A stretch of 64,000 nt of DNA, taken from NCBI GenBank assembly GCA_002633005.1, contig NMRA01000788.1, positions 1 to 64,000 on the forward strand, written 5' to 3'. The position numbers and the translations under genes were made by a program. The notes below the pieces were generated by a model. It saw only the letters and a program-made list of their open reading frames with translations, was not told where the DNA came from and did no database searches. The DNA is from Phoronis australis. Its lineage: Eukaryota > Animalia > Phoronida. This document shows, one piece after another, positions 13,179-24,818 of the stretch (within the stretch, counting starts at the first letter, position 1; each line of letters opens with the position of its first letter).

Positions 13179-16100
13179 AGGTTAGGCCAAGGCCCGCAAG
13201 ACAAGTCGTCATGGAAATTTATTTGTTGGAATATCGAAGGTCTAAAGCATAAAATACAGAGATCTGATTTTGTAAATTTGATATGTACATATGATATTAT
13301 CGCTTTTGTTGAAACATGGGGAATGAATGAAGATGAGTTTACACTGGAAGGGTACCAGTGTTTTGGGTCGGTGAGAAATAAACACCCTCAAGCATTTCGG
13401 AATTCTGGCGGTGTAGTATTATTTTGTAAGGATTTATTGGGGGCTATTAGGCTTCCTTCAAGTTCGTGTGACGTTTTATGGGTAAAAATTGACCTACCCG
13501 ATTATCTGTATCCTGTTTTAGTTGCAGTTGTGTATCAGTCTCCAAAAAGTTCAAGTAAAAATTTGGAAATAATGAAAACACTTGAGCGGGAGGTACAAGG
13601 TTATACTGCTGAAATGAGAGGGGATTGTCACCTTTTAATTATGGGCGATTTTAATGCTCGTACGCGTAACAGGCCAGACTTTATTGCAGATGACAGTATT
13701 AAGTATATGGATGAATCCAGTGCTATTTTTGATTGTGTTGGTTATGTAGAAGATCGCCTGTGTTGTAGGACCTCACAAGATAATGGTGAGGTAAATGAGT
13801 TTGGTACAGAATTATTAGATTTTTGTCAAAGAAATGAGATAAGAATTCTGAATGGAAGAGTAGGGAAAGATGCAGACATTGGTAGTGTAACATGTGTAAC
13901 TTATAATGGATCTAGTGTTGTTGATTATGTCATGATGAGCAAGGATTTATTGTACTGTGTGGACGGTTTTGAAATCGGTGAAATATGTGAATCGACTGCG
14001 CACTTTCCATTGATTTTTAGTATGTGTAAGACGCAGCAAAACAACTGGGCTCGAGGTGAACAGAATGAAAATGTTTATAAATGGAACGAGGGGTTGAGCC
14101 TAAGATATGCAGAAAACTGGTCGAGCCCGGAGGTGGATCAGTTGCTCGCTGACGTGCAGAGTCATTTACCCTCGACCATAGATTCAAGTGTAGAAAGTTT
14201 AATGGAAGCCATTAAATTATGTGCTGCAGACATGTTAAAACCAAAAGTGAACATATCTTATAACCCAGTTAGTTTTCCCAAATGGTTTGACGCTGATTGT
14301 AGGGAGATGAGAGCTGTCGTTAGGCAAAAATTATGTAATTTTAGATTCAGTATTGGAACACTGAGAGAAAACATTTGCCGAACTCTATATGTACAAGCTA
14401 GAAGGGATTATGGAAACTTAAAAAAAGTGAAACAGATAGAGTGTAAAAGAAAACATTACAAAACTTTGAAATCAGCTGTGGAGAGTAAAGACAGTAAAAA
14501 ATTCTGGCGCGCATTTAATATTAAGAAGAAAGGTGTATCAACGAATATTAAACCGGAGGAATGGATAAATTATTTCAGCTCTCTGTTCGAAGGCCAATAT
14601 TTTGTTACTAATCCGGAGTTCGCTGAGTTTCATGCTTTTATTGAGAACTCAGTAAAAAATGACATCAATTCAAGTAATGCAGTTGTTGATATGGAGTTGG
14701 ACGCTGAAATCACAAAAGACGAAATTATACAAACCATCGGTAGTATGAAAGATGGAACTTCGCCAGGATGTGATAAAATTAGCATTGAGTTCTACAAGTA
14801 TGCTGATAAAAAGTTGGTAGATTCGCTGTTCCAGCTTTACAACTACTTTTTTAAAAATGGTGTGTTTCCAAAAGAATGGACAAAATCCATTATAGTACCG
14901 ATATTTAAGGGCGGTACCAAAATTCCTGAAAATTTCAGAGGAATATCCCTCATGCAAGTCACGGCCAAAATATTCGAAAAAATATTGTGCCAGCGACTTC
15001 AAAAATGGTCGGAAAGAGAAAACGTAATTAGTATGTCTCAAGCTGCGTTTAGGAAAGGACACAGTACGGTGGATCACATGTTTGCTTTATATACGTTAAT
15101 AATTAAATATTTGACACGAGATAAAGGTAGATTCTATTGTGCTTTCGTGGATTTTAAGGCAGCTTATGACAGTATATATAGAAGCGCATTGTATTTTAAA
15201 TTAAGAAACAATCGCATAGAAGGTAAGATGTATAAGATAATAAAAGCAATGTACGCTGAAGTAAAAGCGTGCGTGAAAATGAGTAACGGAAGCTACACGG
15301 AGTTCTTTGATTGTCATAATGGTCTAAAACAAGGCTCTCAGCTATCACCGTTTTTGTTTATTTTATTTATAAACGATCTCGAACAAGAATTAGAATCCGG
15401 GGGAGGTGAAACAATTTCCATGGGATCAGCTGAATTATTGCATCTGCTGTTTGCTGATGATTTGGTTTTATTTTCTTATAGTGTGAAAGGACTGCAGAAA
15501 AAATTGAACATTTTATATGAGTATAGCCAGAAATGGAAATTGATTGTTAACATGTCGAAGACTAAGATAATTGTTTTCAGAAAAGGTGGAATGTTACGAT
15601 CGTATGAAAAATGGACGTATGATGGGAATACTGTTAATATTGTAAATGCATACAAATATCTAGGATTAATGTTTACTACGAAAGGTTCGTGGTCTTGCGC
15701 ACAGAAAACTCTATCATTACAGGCTACTAAGGCAGTGAATTTGATGAGAAAAAATGTCAATGGTTTTAATGCACTCCCTGTTAAAGTTAGTTTAAAATTA
15801 TTCGATTGTAAAATATTGCCGATACTTCATTATGGCTGTGAGATCTGGGGTTTTAATGATTGCGAATGTATTGAAATAGTCCACACAAAATTTTGTAAAG
15901 AAATTTTAAATTTGCCTAGCACGGCAATTTCATCGACTGCTAGAGGTGAGATGGGTCGTTACTCCTTGATTGCTTACCGACTTCCTAGAATTATGAAATA
16001 TTGGTTAAAACTATTAAAAACCGATGAGTCAAAAATTACATATCATTGCTATGAATGGCAGTACAATATGACGGAAAATGTTAATAAACCGTGCTGGGTT

Positions 16101-16655
16101 AATGATGTTAAGAAATTGTTATTTCAGTTTGGTTTTGGAGAAGCATGGTATAATCAGGGTGTAGGTTCCGAGACAAGCTTCATATCACTTTTTAAACAAA
16201 GATGCAAAGATATTGATCAGCAAAAATGGCAAGATATTTTGAACAATTCGATTAAGCTGGAAACTTACAGAACTTTTAAGTTAAATATATGTTTTGAAAA
16301 CTATTTAGATGTAATTGACAATGTAAATGTTAGATCTGATATGGTGAGATTGAGATGTTCAGCGCATGCACTAATGATTGAAAAGGGTAGACACTTGAAA
16401 CTTAACAGAACAGAAAGGTTATGCCCTCTCTGTGTTAGGACATATGTCGAGTCGGAATATCATTTTGTTATCGAATGCCCATTCTACGATGACCTTAGGA
16501 AACGATATTTGCCTGCATGGAGCTACAACAATCCCAATGTTACAAAATTCAACAGACTCATGACTATGGAGGAAAAAGATCTTATATGGTCAACATGTAA
16601 ATATGTTCATTTCGCATTCAAGCGAAGAAGAATTCGGTTTACTTCTAGTGATTGA
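13179..16655 (+). CDS. LINE ORF2p: APE endonuclease, reverse transcriptase and C-terminal CCHC finger; the frame is open from immediately after the ORF1 TAG
   Basis: KFICWNIEGL, VETW, GDFNAR, SVVDY, FRGISL, QAAFRKG, FVDFKAAYD, GLKQG..LSP, LFADD, YKYLG, CPLC..ESEYHFVIECP. No internal stops. Confidence 0.95.
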   Translation, partial: RLGQGPQDKSSWKFICWNIEGLKHKIQRSDFVNLICTYDIIAFVETWGMNEDEFTLEGYQCFGSVRNKHPQAFRNSGGVVLFCKDLLGAIRLPSSSCDVLWVKIDLPDYLYPVLVAVVYQSPKSSSKNLEIMKTLEREVQGYTAEMRGDCHLLIMGDFNARTRNRPDFIADDSIKYMDESSAIFDCVGYVEDRLCCRTSQDNGEVNEFGTELLDFCQRNEIRILNGRVGKDADIGSVTCVTYNGSSVVDYVMMSKDLLYCVDGFEIGEICESTAHFPLIFSMCKTQQNNWARGEQNENVYKWNEGLSLRYAENWSSPEVDQLLADVQSHLPSTIDSSVESLMEAIKLCAADMLKPKVNISYNPVSFPKWFDADCREMRAVVRQKLCNFRFSIGTLRENICRTLYVQARRDYGNLKKVKQIECKRKHYKTLKSAVESKDSKKFWRAFNIKKKGVSTNIKPEEWINYFSSLFEGQYFVTNPEFAEFHAFIENSVKNDINSSNAVVDMELDAEITKDEIIQTIGSMKDGTSPGCDKISIEFYKYADKKLVDSLFQLYNYFFKNGVFPKEWTKSIIVPIFKGGTKIPENFRGISLMQVTAKIFEKILCQRLQKWSERENVISMSQAAFRKGHSTVDHMFALYTLIIKYLTRDKGRFYCAFVDFKAAYDSIYRSALYFKLRNNRIEGKMYKIIKAMYAEVKACVKMSNGSYTEFFDCHNGLKQGSQLSPFLFILFINDLEQELESGGGETISMGSAELLHLLFADDLVLFSYSVKGLQKKLNILYEYSQKWKLIVNMSKTKIIVFRKGGMLRSYEKWTYDGNTVNIVNAYKYLGLMFTTKGSWSCAQKTLSLQATKAVNLMRKNVNGFNALPVKVSLKLFDCKILPILHYGCEIWGFNDCECIEIVHTKFCKEILNLPSTAISSTARGEMGRYSLIAYRLPRIMKYWLKLLKTDESKITYHCYEWQYNMTENVNKPCWVNDVKKLLFQFGFGEAWYNQGVGSETSFISLFKQRCKDIDQQKWQDILNNSIKLETYRTFKLNICFENYLDVIDNVNVRSDMVRLRCSAHALMIEKGRHLKLNRTERLCPLCVRTYVESEYHFVIECPFYDDLRKRYLPAWSYNNPNVTKFNRLMTMEEKDLIWSTCKYVHFAFKRRRIRFTSSD

Positions 16656-16716
16656 CACTTACCTTTATTGTATTTGATGATTTGATTGTAACAAGGGCCG
16701 GAGGCCTAGTTATTGA

Positions 16717-16718
<2 letters not shown>

Positions 16719-16770
<52 letters not shown>
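16719..16770. repeat. (TA)n tail of the LINE
   Basis: Pure TA run directly after AATAAA. Confidence 0.95.
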
Positions 16771-16772
<2 letters not shown>

Positions 16773-16894
16773 AGACATAATTAAAACCTTGGTCAATGAA
16801 GAAAGTCTTCTGTTGTCGATCAATGTCAATGGTCCACAACCTCGCAGATTTCATACGAGGAACAATTTTAAGGAAAAGATTTCCCAAAAGGTTA

Positions 16895-17725
16895 CATGGA
16901 AGGTCCTCTACTCCGAAGGTTCGCTACCATCGTGATTTCACTGCTTCAAATGTGCACAATTCAGAAACTAGAACTCCGACAGTTCATTACTCTGATTTTC
17001 TACTAATGATTCAGAACTGAAATGAATAAAGTGTTGTCTGTCCATTTAGTAACCATTTAAAGGTTGTGCAAGAGTTGATTAGTCCTAAAAATTGATTTAC
17101 ATTGTTTACAAAAGAACTCAGTTCCAGTCATTGGCAATCGTAATTCTTGAATCTAACTAAAGACTCATTTTCAATTAAGGACAACATCTGGGGCACGGGT
17201 CCGAGATGTGGCGACCAACGGCGGTTTTAAATTTAGGAAGACTGAATGAGACTTCGTGAAGACTGGCAGGGACAGGGTAGCCTATTAACTACATTTAGTT
17301 TCGTCCCGGCCGTGCAAGTTGTTCCGGTGGGTGAGGTTGAAGCGTAGCGACCCTAAACTTTTCTATCGCGCTGTAAGATGATGCGATCTTGACATGGGAT
17401 TGATGAATGTATCGTGGTTGATAATTTCTACTTCATTTTCTTTTAGAAACGCAAGCACGTACTCATTCTTCCATATTCGTAACACATGCGGACAATTTCA
17501 CATGCACATGAAATCCTAACAAAGTGATTTATTAGCCGGGTGTATTGTTGTCGGTATAGTTGCATCTAATAACCGAAGTGTCGCTTATTTTTGCATGTAA
17601 AAGTATAACAGTTACACCCGAGTCAGAAATTTAGACATTTTCCGAGTAGTGAACCTTCGGAGTAATGAACCTTCAACGTAGTAAACCTTCAGAATAGTAA
17701 ACCTTCGGAATAGTGGGCTGTTCCC
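16895..17725. mobile_element. Decayed non-autonomous DNA element with about 16-bp subterminal repeats (tccgaaggtt / aaccttcgga) in inverted orientation
   Basis: ctactccgaaggttc near 16908 versus four aaccttc(gga)..agt units at 17651-17713. Confidence 0.5.
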
Positions 17726-17859
17726 ATTTCCAGCGATGTAAGCAACTTTTAACTAAAATACAATCAGATGAAAAATTACGTCAAGTTATTCTCCGACTAA
17801 ATATTAGTATCCGAGAATGTAACGAGGTGTAATCAGTCATTTAAAAAAGTCCGATTTGA

Positions 17860-20300
17860 AAGTTTGGCAGGAGGTAACACGAGAACGTTAGGCCTGTATT
17901 GGATCATATGGGAAAAATCAGAGTCCATCATCAAGGATGTAGTCAAAGAACATATGGGGTTAGAAATATATATTGAGAGAGCACATCGATTGGGAAGAAA
18001 AGTACATGACAGAGCTCGGCCAATAATTGCCAAAGTCGCTCCAAATGTGAAATTGCAGATCACGAAGAACCGCAGGAAACTCACTGGATCTGATATATTC
18101 ATAACGCGTCCGTACAGCCCGAAAAAAGTTGTGGCAACTCTCAAAGACGGAGCAACTCGACAATGTCAACATTCGATTTGATAAACTCGTACTTAATAAC
18201 AGAGTCTACACTTATGATGAACTGGAAGACCAAGTGAAAGTAAAACCCCGTTGGCATGGGAGCCCAAATCAACACAAATAATAAACAGGCCGAGGTCCTA
18301 CCACGCAAAGTCATGGAGTTGAGGGTTTTAAAATCGTGGCGTGGAAAGCATAAGCTTTGGAAATTAAGGTTTTGAATAAAGAAAGACCAGACATTCATGA
18401 ATTGTTTGATTTTCTTCACGCATGTGACATTGTAGGAATAAGTGAAACATGGGCTAAAACAATAATGAAGTACAACGGTACTTTGGAAAGTTTCTGGTCT
18501 ATGAAAATTGCAGAACTAGGAACTGTGTCCTCGGTAGATATTCAGGGGGTGTTGCTCTTCTGTTAGGTGAACATTATGAAAAATCTGTCATTGAGATATA
18601 TACTAACTATTCTGATGTTGTAGGTTTGTTACTTGGTGGCTCCAGATACATGTTAGATCATAGACTATGATCTATGGTTAGATAGAAATCTTTTTACAGT
18701 AGTTGTTTATGTCGCCCGTGAGGGCTCACCCACTTACCGTGATTGTGAAAACAAAAATGGCATTGATTTTTTTGAGGAATCTTTATTTGATATTGTATCT
18801 TCCTATGAAAAAGAATCATATATTATTCTGTTAGGGGATTTTAATGCAAGGACAGCAGCATTATCTGACAACTGAATTCTTCAAGGATGTCACGTGATGT
18901 AGTTGTAAATAAGTTTGGTATAAGTCTTTTGAGTGTATGCAAATTATTTGGCCAACATATTGTAAGTGGAAGGTACCCTGATGACATGCCGGGTATGTTC
19001 ACCTCACAGGGTGAATCAGTTGTTGACTATATGATAATGAGCACTGATCTACATAGCCGCGTACATTTTTTCAAAGTAGTAGACTATGACATCTCTGATC
19101 CCCTTCACTATTTTGCAAACTTATCTTTGACAACCAACACGAAAAATTAGACACGAGCGACCTCTACGTATATACGCAGGTTAAATGGAATAACGCAGCC
19201 TCTGAAGTTTGTAATAACAATCTACAGGATAGTTATGCAAACGATTTATTACACGAGGTGGATTCTCATTTAGAGAACAATGACCTGGATGCTGCAATTA
19301 CAAAGTTTGGGGCGTTTTTCGGACATATTGCTAAATCCATGATTAAAAAAGCTCACTGCAATAAAATGCAGCATTCCTGCAGATCTAACATTAATCCGGA
19401 GTGATGGGATGACAAGTGTAAACAAAAAAGACATTAAGAAATAAGCTGCGTAATGCATTGAGAAAAGGCATTGGTAGTGCATCTGAATATTTGAATGTTA
19501 AAAGAGAGTTTCAACTTACTTTAAAAAATAAACGAAAAACACATATTATGGACAGTCTACGTCAACAGGCAGCGACAATCTGCGACGATGGTGATCCGGA
19601 TAAATAATAGAAAGAAAACCTTTACGTCTAATCATATCAGTCTTTCTCAATGGAAAAATTATTATTGAATAAAAATATCAATATCGATGAGAAGGAGGAT
19701 TTCCAGGATCAAATTAATCCACAAAACACAAATCATGAACTTATTTGTGACGATTGCAGTCAAAATCAGCCTGTCGAGTTGAATACCCCTATTACGGAGG
19801 AGGAAATAAATGAATCTATTGATTCATTAAAAAATGACAAATTCCCTGGAGTCGATGAGATACCTGGAGAATTGATTAAGTTATGTAAACCTGTGGTTAT
19901 TAATCAACTTCTATTACTTTTTAACAAAATACTGTCAAGTCATTATATGCCTGAAAATTGGTGCTAGTCATTAATTGTCTCACTTCATAAAAAGGAAGCC
20001 CTAGTGACGTTAAGAATTATTGAGGGATATCGCTACTTAACATATTAAGTAAAGTCTTATTAAACATTATCAATAAAAGGTTGCTACTTTGGGCAGGTGA
20101 TAATAACATACTGTTTTACGAACAAGCCGAATATAGAAAAGGGTACAGCACCGTAGATCAGATCTTCACATTAAATGCTCTAGTACAAAAATATTTATGC
20201 AAAAGAAAGGGGAGATGTTATGTTTTATTTATTGACTTTGCCAAAGCCTTTGACTCTGTTCAACACAAGGTTCTGTTTCATATTCTGATATCAAATGGTA
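17860..20300 (+). mobile_element. Decayed RTE-X-like LINE, second family, 5' part (ORF1 remnant plus APE and early RT)
   Basis: IERAHRLGRK..RPIIAK, KIVAW, ISETW, GDFNART, SVVDY, PGVDEIP, YRKGYSTVDQIF, FIDFAKAFDSV. Many stops and frameshifts. Confidence 0.88.
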
Positions 20301-20305
20301 TACAT

Positions 20306-22552
20306 ATAGATTATTACATGGCGAAGTCGTTATCCCCCGTTATCTAGAGCCCGAGTGGATTTTGGAGAATTGACCTATTGAAAGCTCCGCCACTATGCGA
20401 GAAGTCACGTGATACCCGACAACCGAACGAGGTGTAAGAGGCAAATACACTGTCGCTAAACGACGTTCCTGGTGGAATCGATGAGTGTTTTTGCACTATT
20501 TGAAAACGCTTCGGTAGAGACAAGAGACGATGCTTTTCAACAGAGAATCGTACGTTCATAATATGGGAATTTGTAAAGGTGACGATGAAAAAATAAGTGC
20601 TCGAGGAGCCAGAGAAAATCCGAAGAACCCCTCGGCTTCGGGGCCACCTTCACCTGACAAATGACAAGGCCACTGATACGATATGTTCATGTAAAGCTGG
20701 GTATGTACCTTAAAGTCGAATTATCTGTACGATTCCATAGATTTCATGATCTTTCGAATAAAATCAGTTAAGATTCACCGATATTATTATTCTGTCGTCT
20801 GCTAAATTTAGCCAAATGAAAAGTAGGTCACAACTGGTAGGACTCCGGAGTAAAGTAGGTCATAGATTACAGACAACACATGCACTATAGTCTCTGACTA
20901 GGTCGACTCGATAGCACTGTTTACACTTTTCCAATATTGTAACGAAATATGTAAATATTTTGATAAAAAATTCAGGTCCATAGCTCAGGTACACACTCAT
21001 CTCATCCTAGGCAAACAGTTAGCTCCGGTAGGGTCTAGGGCTGTGTCTAAGTCAAATTAATGTCTGGAATTCAGCGGCGGATCTAGGACACCACAGGGGG
21101 CCCAACATATGTTGCCTCGTGGAAATGGGCAAAGTGCGATTGTATGTGCACAGGTGGCCCGAAAGTTGCAGGGGCCAGGGATGTAGACCTTTGGACCTCA
21201 GTTCAGAAAATCTATCGGTGGACTAAAAAAACAGGAACGTAATTCCGCCTCGATCTGGGGTCTGAGCCCCTCTCTTCCGCTACCGGTCCTAGTTACTGAA
21301 CTCAATATTTCCTCACGCTTCACGTTCTTGCTGTTTCAGTTTGCTTGCGGCAGTCAACGGGGGGGGGCAGCCCCCCTCTAAATCCGCCTATTGTTCGTTT
21401 GCACCATTTAAGACCAGACATTTAAATTAGGCCTACCTGCTTGTGAACTTGACATTTTTTGTAGTTTCATTCCATAAAGGTAGCTTTCATTTAAATTTGT
21501 ATTTAGCATGATCACTAAGTCGTGGTATGGTTACAAAAGAGTACAAGTCTGGTGTGGTAGTTGCAAAAATAGGGTATTTACAAAAATAATTCAAATTCTT
21601 TTTTAAAGCTTCATAAATCTAAATATCATGTTTGAACAACTTTAAAATGAGCTCTCTCTAACTCTACAGACATAGTGTATACTAGAGGTACACGTCAAAA
21701 AGTAACTCAACAGTTTATTTTTAGTGACAACAGCTCGACCAAGCCTTTGAGTTCCGGCAGTTACCTAGTGCCCTTCCCTGTGCCGATCGAATCTCTGAAT
21801 TTTGACCGGGAGAGAAGTTCAGTTGAACGCCAGCCTACGGTTTATGAATAACAAAAATGTACCTCTGATACGAAACAAAATAATGTCCATTAGGTTGAAA
21901 TAAATAAAAAAATATTAAATAAAAATGTCCTTGAAAACAACAATTTCCGGGGACTACCGCTAGAGTGCTGAGATCCAGCAGGTGCCGCCAGAGACAAAGG
22001 CGGCCAGACGTAAGAAATTCGGGAGTCAAAATCTGAGATAGCCCTGCACCATAGCCACTAAGGTGAAAAGTGCGTATCTTGGAACTAATATATTTGTGTT
22101 TATTATAGCCTTCGAGTTATCATCGCTAAGTTCATCTGCTCGTGCGGCCGTACAGTTTGATCCATAGTTTACGCTTTTCAACATCATTTTTCGGCTTAGG
22201 ACATGCCAAAAAATGACGGGATATTATTCTGGAACAGCATAACGGCTTTCGGTGCTACACACGCCATATCAACACCGTTTCCCCATTCTTAGTGGACAAT
22301 TTCTTGAGCTACAGACTAAAGTTAATTTTACTCGACTACGCGTGGTTTGTCGGGTAAAATGGAGGCTTGGAAACGCAGACGAAGGTGTGCCAAGAATGCT
22401 GCATTCTGATTGGTCAACTAAGCCGTCCGTCATAATCCTGGCGATAGGTCAATTATCGCCCGAGGGGCGTTAGCCCTGAGGGTGATAATTCTACAAAATC
22501 CACGAGGGCTCTAGATAAGGGGGATAACGGCTGAGAACATGTAATAATCTAT
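20306..22552. mobile_element. Non-autonomous DNA element with about 70-bp inverted repeats, inserted in the decayed LINE (possibly Crypton-like; may extend to about 23080)
   Basis: atagattattacatg..gttatccccc.ttatctagagccc..gtggatttt at 20306 is matched in reverse complement at 22488-22552. Internal hairpin at 22451-22490. Confidence 0.7.
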
Positions 22553-23082
22553 TTATACCACATACTAAAGGAGAAACATTGCAATGAATCGATTTACCTT
22601 TTCTGACTCTCCACGGCTTTGTAACTACTTTCTATGTCAGAGGCCCGGGGTCGGAGGTCGTGACCTTTTAAGAAAAGAAGGGATACTTTTGTCAAATAAT
22701 GCTTTTACTCAAAACCAATTGAAAACTCAAATATAATAGAAATAAATTGAATTTATAAATTAAGTTTTACCATCTGTTATAGCTTAAAACACGTTTTTTT
22801 CACGCTAAGCTTCGACAGGGAAATTAGGTTACCACTGGTAACTGAATATAATTCTCAAGTCAAACATCCTGACGACACGATACCCGCATTCAAACTGGAG
22901 ATCGGTGATTTACAAGTAAGAGGACATGAGAGAAAAATTTCACTGAATTAAGATATCATTTTTATGGAAATTTTGTGTCTTATTTTTCGTAGCGTATAAT
23001 ACAGTACAATGCGGTTTGTTGAGCATGCGATTATTGCGCGTGCTCATTTAAGTATTCTATTTTCACTCTTGATGACGTCAGT

Positions 23083-23145
23083 CGCTGCATGGTGTAGTGG
23101 TAAAGTCGGCGACCAGCAACATCAGGGTACCGAGTTCGTCTCCGT
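23083..23145 (+). mobile_element. Possible tRNA-derived SINE head remnant
   Basis: A-box-like tggtgtagtgg and B-box-like gagttcgtctcc at tRNA-like spacing; no cloverleaf. Confidence 0.35.
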
Positions 23146-23154
23146 CCTCAGTTA

Positions 23155-23955
23155 CTCAAATACTACCAACGCTGCTGTGCTGGGTGAAGTGGGTCGATAT
23201 CCTTTATATTTTAAGTACTTTACAAGATGCGTTAAATAATGGTTACGATTACAAGAAATGCCAGAGTATAGATATCCCAGAAAATCCTATAACATGTTGA
23301 AGTCATTAGATGACAGTAAGAAAACCTGGGCCACTTGTATCAAACATTTATTACAGGGTTATGGTTTTGGCTTTGTTTGGGCACAACAAAATGTTGGCGA
23401 TATTGGTGTATTTTTGAAAAAATTACTCAGACAGTTAAAGACTGCGCCTTCCAAGAATGGGATTGTAAAGTTAGAAATAGTAGTAAACTCGTACTTTTTC
23501 TGAGCTGCAAAAGAACTTAAATGTTGTTTCATATCTCAAAGTTATAAAATATGGGGAAATTTGAAGGTATTTAACTAAAACACGTTGCTCTCCTCATACT
23601 CTTGAAGTTCAGGTTGCGCGAGGAAGAGTAGATAGAAAACTGAGGCTGTGCAAATATTGCAAGAAATGTAATTTGTACGAAATTGAAGACGAATTTCACT
23701 TCTTAACAAGATGCTTTCTGTGTGATCACTTGAGGATCCAATTTATTCCACAATCGTCACAATGCGATACTACATCATTTTTAAGTTACATGAATAACGT
23801 TTTAAGTGCCTTCTTGGTTAATCTTTCAAAATTCACCAAGAAAGCTTTTCTTATAAGAGCCAGTGTCTAAACGCTTCAGCATTCTGATTGTTATTTTATT
23901 ATGTTTATGGTGTGTACTATGGGCCGCTGGCCTTTTATGTACAAAGAATAAACTA
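23155..23955 (+). mobile_element. 3' part of the decayed LINE
   Basis: NAAVLGEVGRYPL, YGFGFVW..Q.VG, IEDEFHFL..C..CDHLR, 3' hairpin gggccgctggcc and AATAAA. Confidence 0.85.
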
Positions 23956-24818
23956 TAGGTGATGAATCACATTACGTCCGAATTTGAGTCCCGTTTTTAC
24001 GAGCAACCGTCACGACATCCTCATTTCTGGTGTAACAAATCCCGTATTATCTCAGGAACATAGAGCTGAGAACCATCGTTGCCGTGGATACAGATTTCCT
24101 TTCCCCATAATTAAGCTTCAAGCGCCTTACCGAAAACTCGAGTGTCGAACATTTGCAAAAGGTCCACCTTTCTAGAAATTCGAACCACCCCCGCGCAATG
24201 CTGGCCACGGGCCTGAATTATACAAGACTATTCCAGCTGCATCTGCCTCTGTGTGATTCTTACAGTAACCACAATGCCAAAAACAACATTCCCAAACAGT
24301 CCTTTAATTTTTCAGTTATAACTTCCAAAAAGTCCAAGGGTTATCAAACCCCCGGATAACGGCGGGGTAAAGCNNNNNNNGGTAAAGCAGAGACCGGTTG
24401 GGATTTCCGTTCAGTGTTACAATCACAAAGGCAAACTGAGAATTTATTGGGCTATGTTATGGAAAAGAGTTATGACTGATGTCATCCATGGGTAATTATG
24501 CAACTGCCCAGACGTCATTAAAAATGAATAAAAAACAGCGGTAAAATCGGGGGCCTCAAGTGTCCCTCCGCGGATGGGAGGGGGGTGCGTTCACACCCGT
24601 CTTACCTCGTTGGCTGCAGATATGAACTGAAGTATCTAAAAATTTCCCCTGCTGCTAAAGAAAACTTTCACTTGCCTATGAGTTAATACCTCCTGAACTA
24701 CGTCTGGTATTTAAAAGTTTTATCCTGGTTAGTTAAACGCTGCATTTGTTGTGAAAGTGTTATTATTCCTAGTTCATTTTGGTGGTTTCTGACTAGCCAA
24801 AGTACATAGATTTTTTTG

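Larger units (their letters stand above)
11600..16770 (+). mobile_element. Near full-length non-LTR retrotransposon (RTE-X-like LINE); 5' boundary approximate
   Basis: Two intact ORFs, a short 3' UTR with a GGCC-GGA-GGCC hairpin and AATAAA, and a (TA)n tail. No TSD found. LINE identity is firm; the clade is less certain. Confidence 0.92.

Noticed and set aside
12636-15760. Minus-strand ORFs within the LINE
   Set aside because: Antisense shadows of ORF1 and ORF2 with no motifs.
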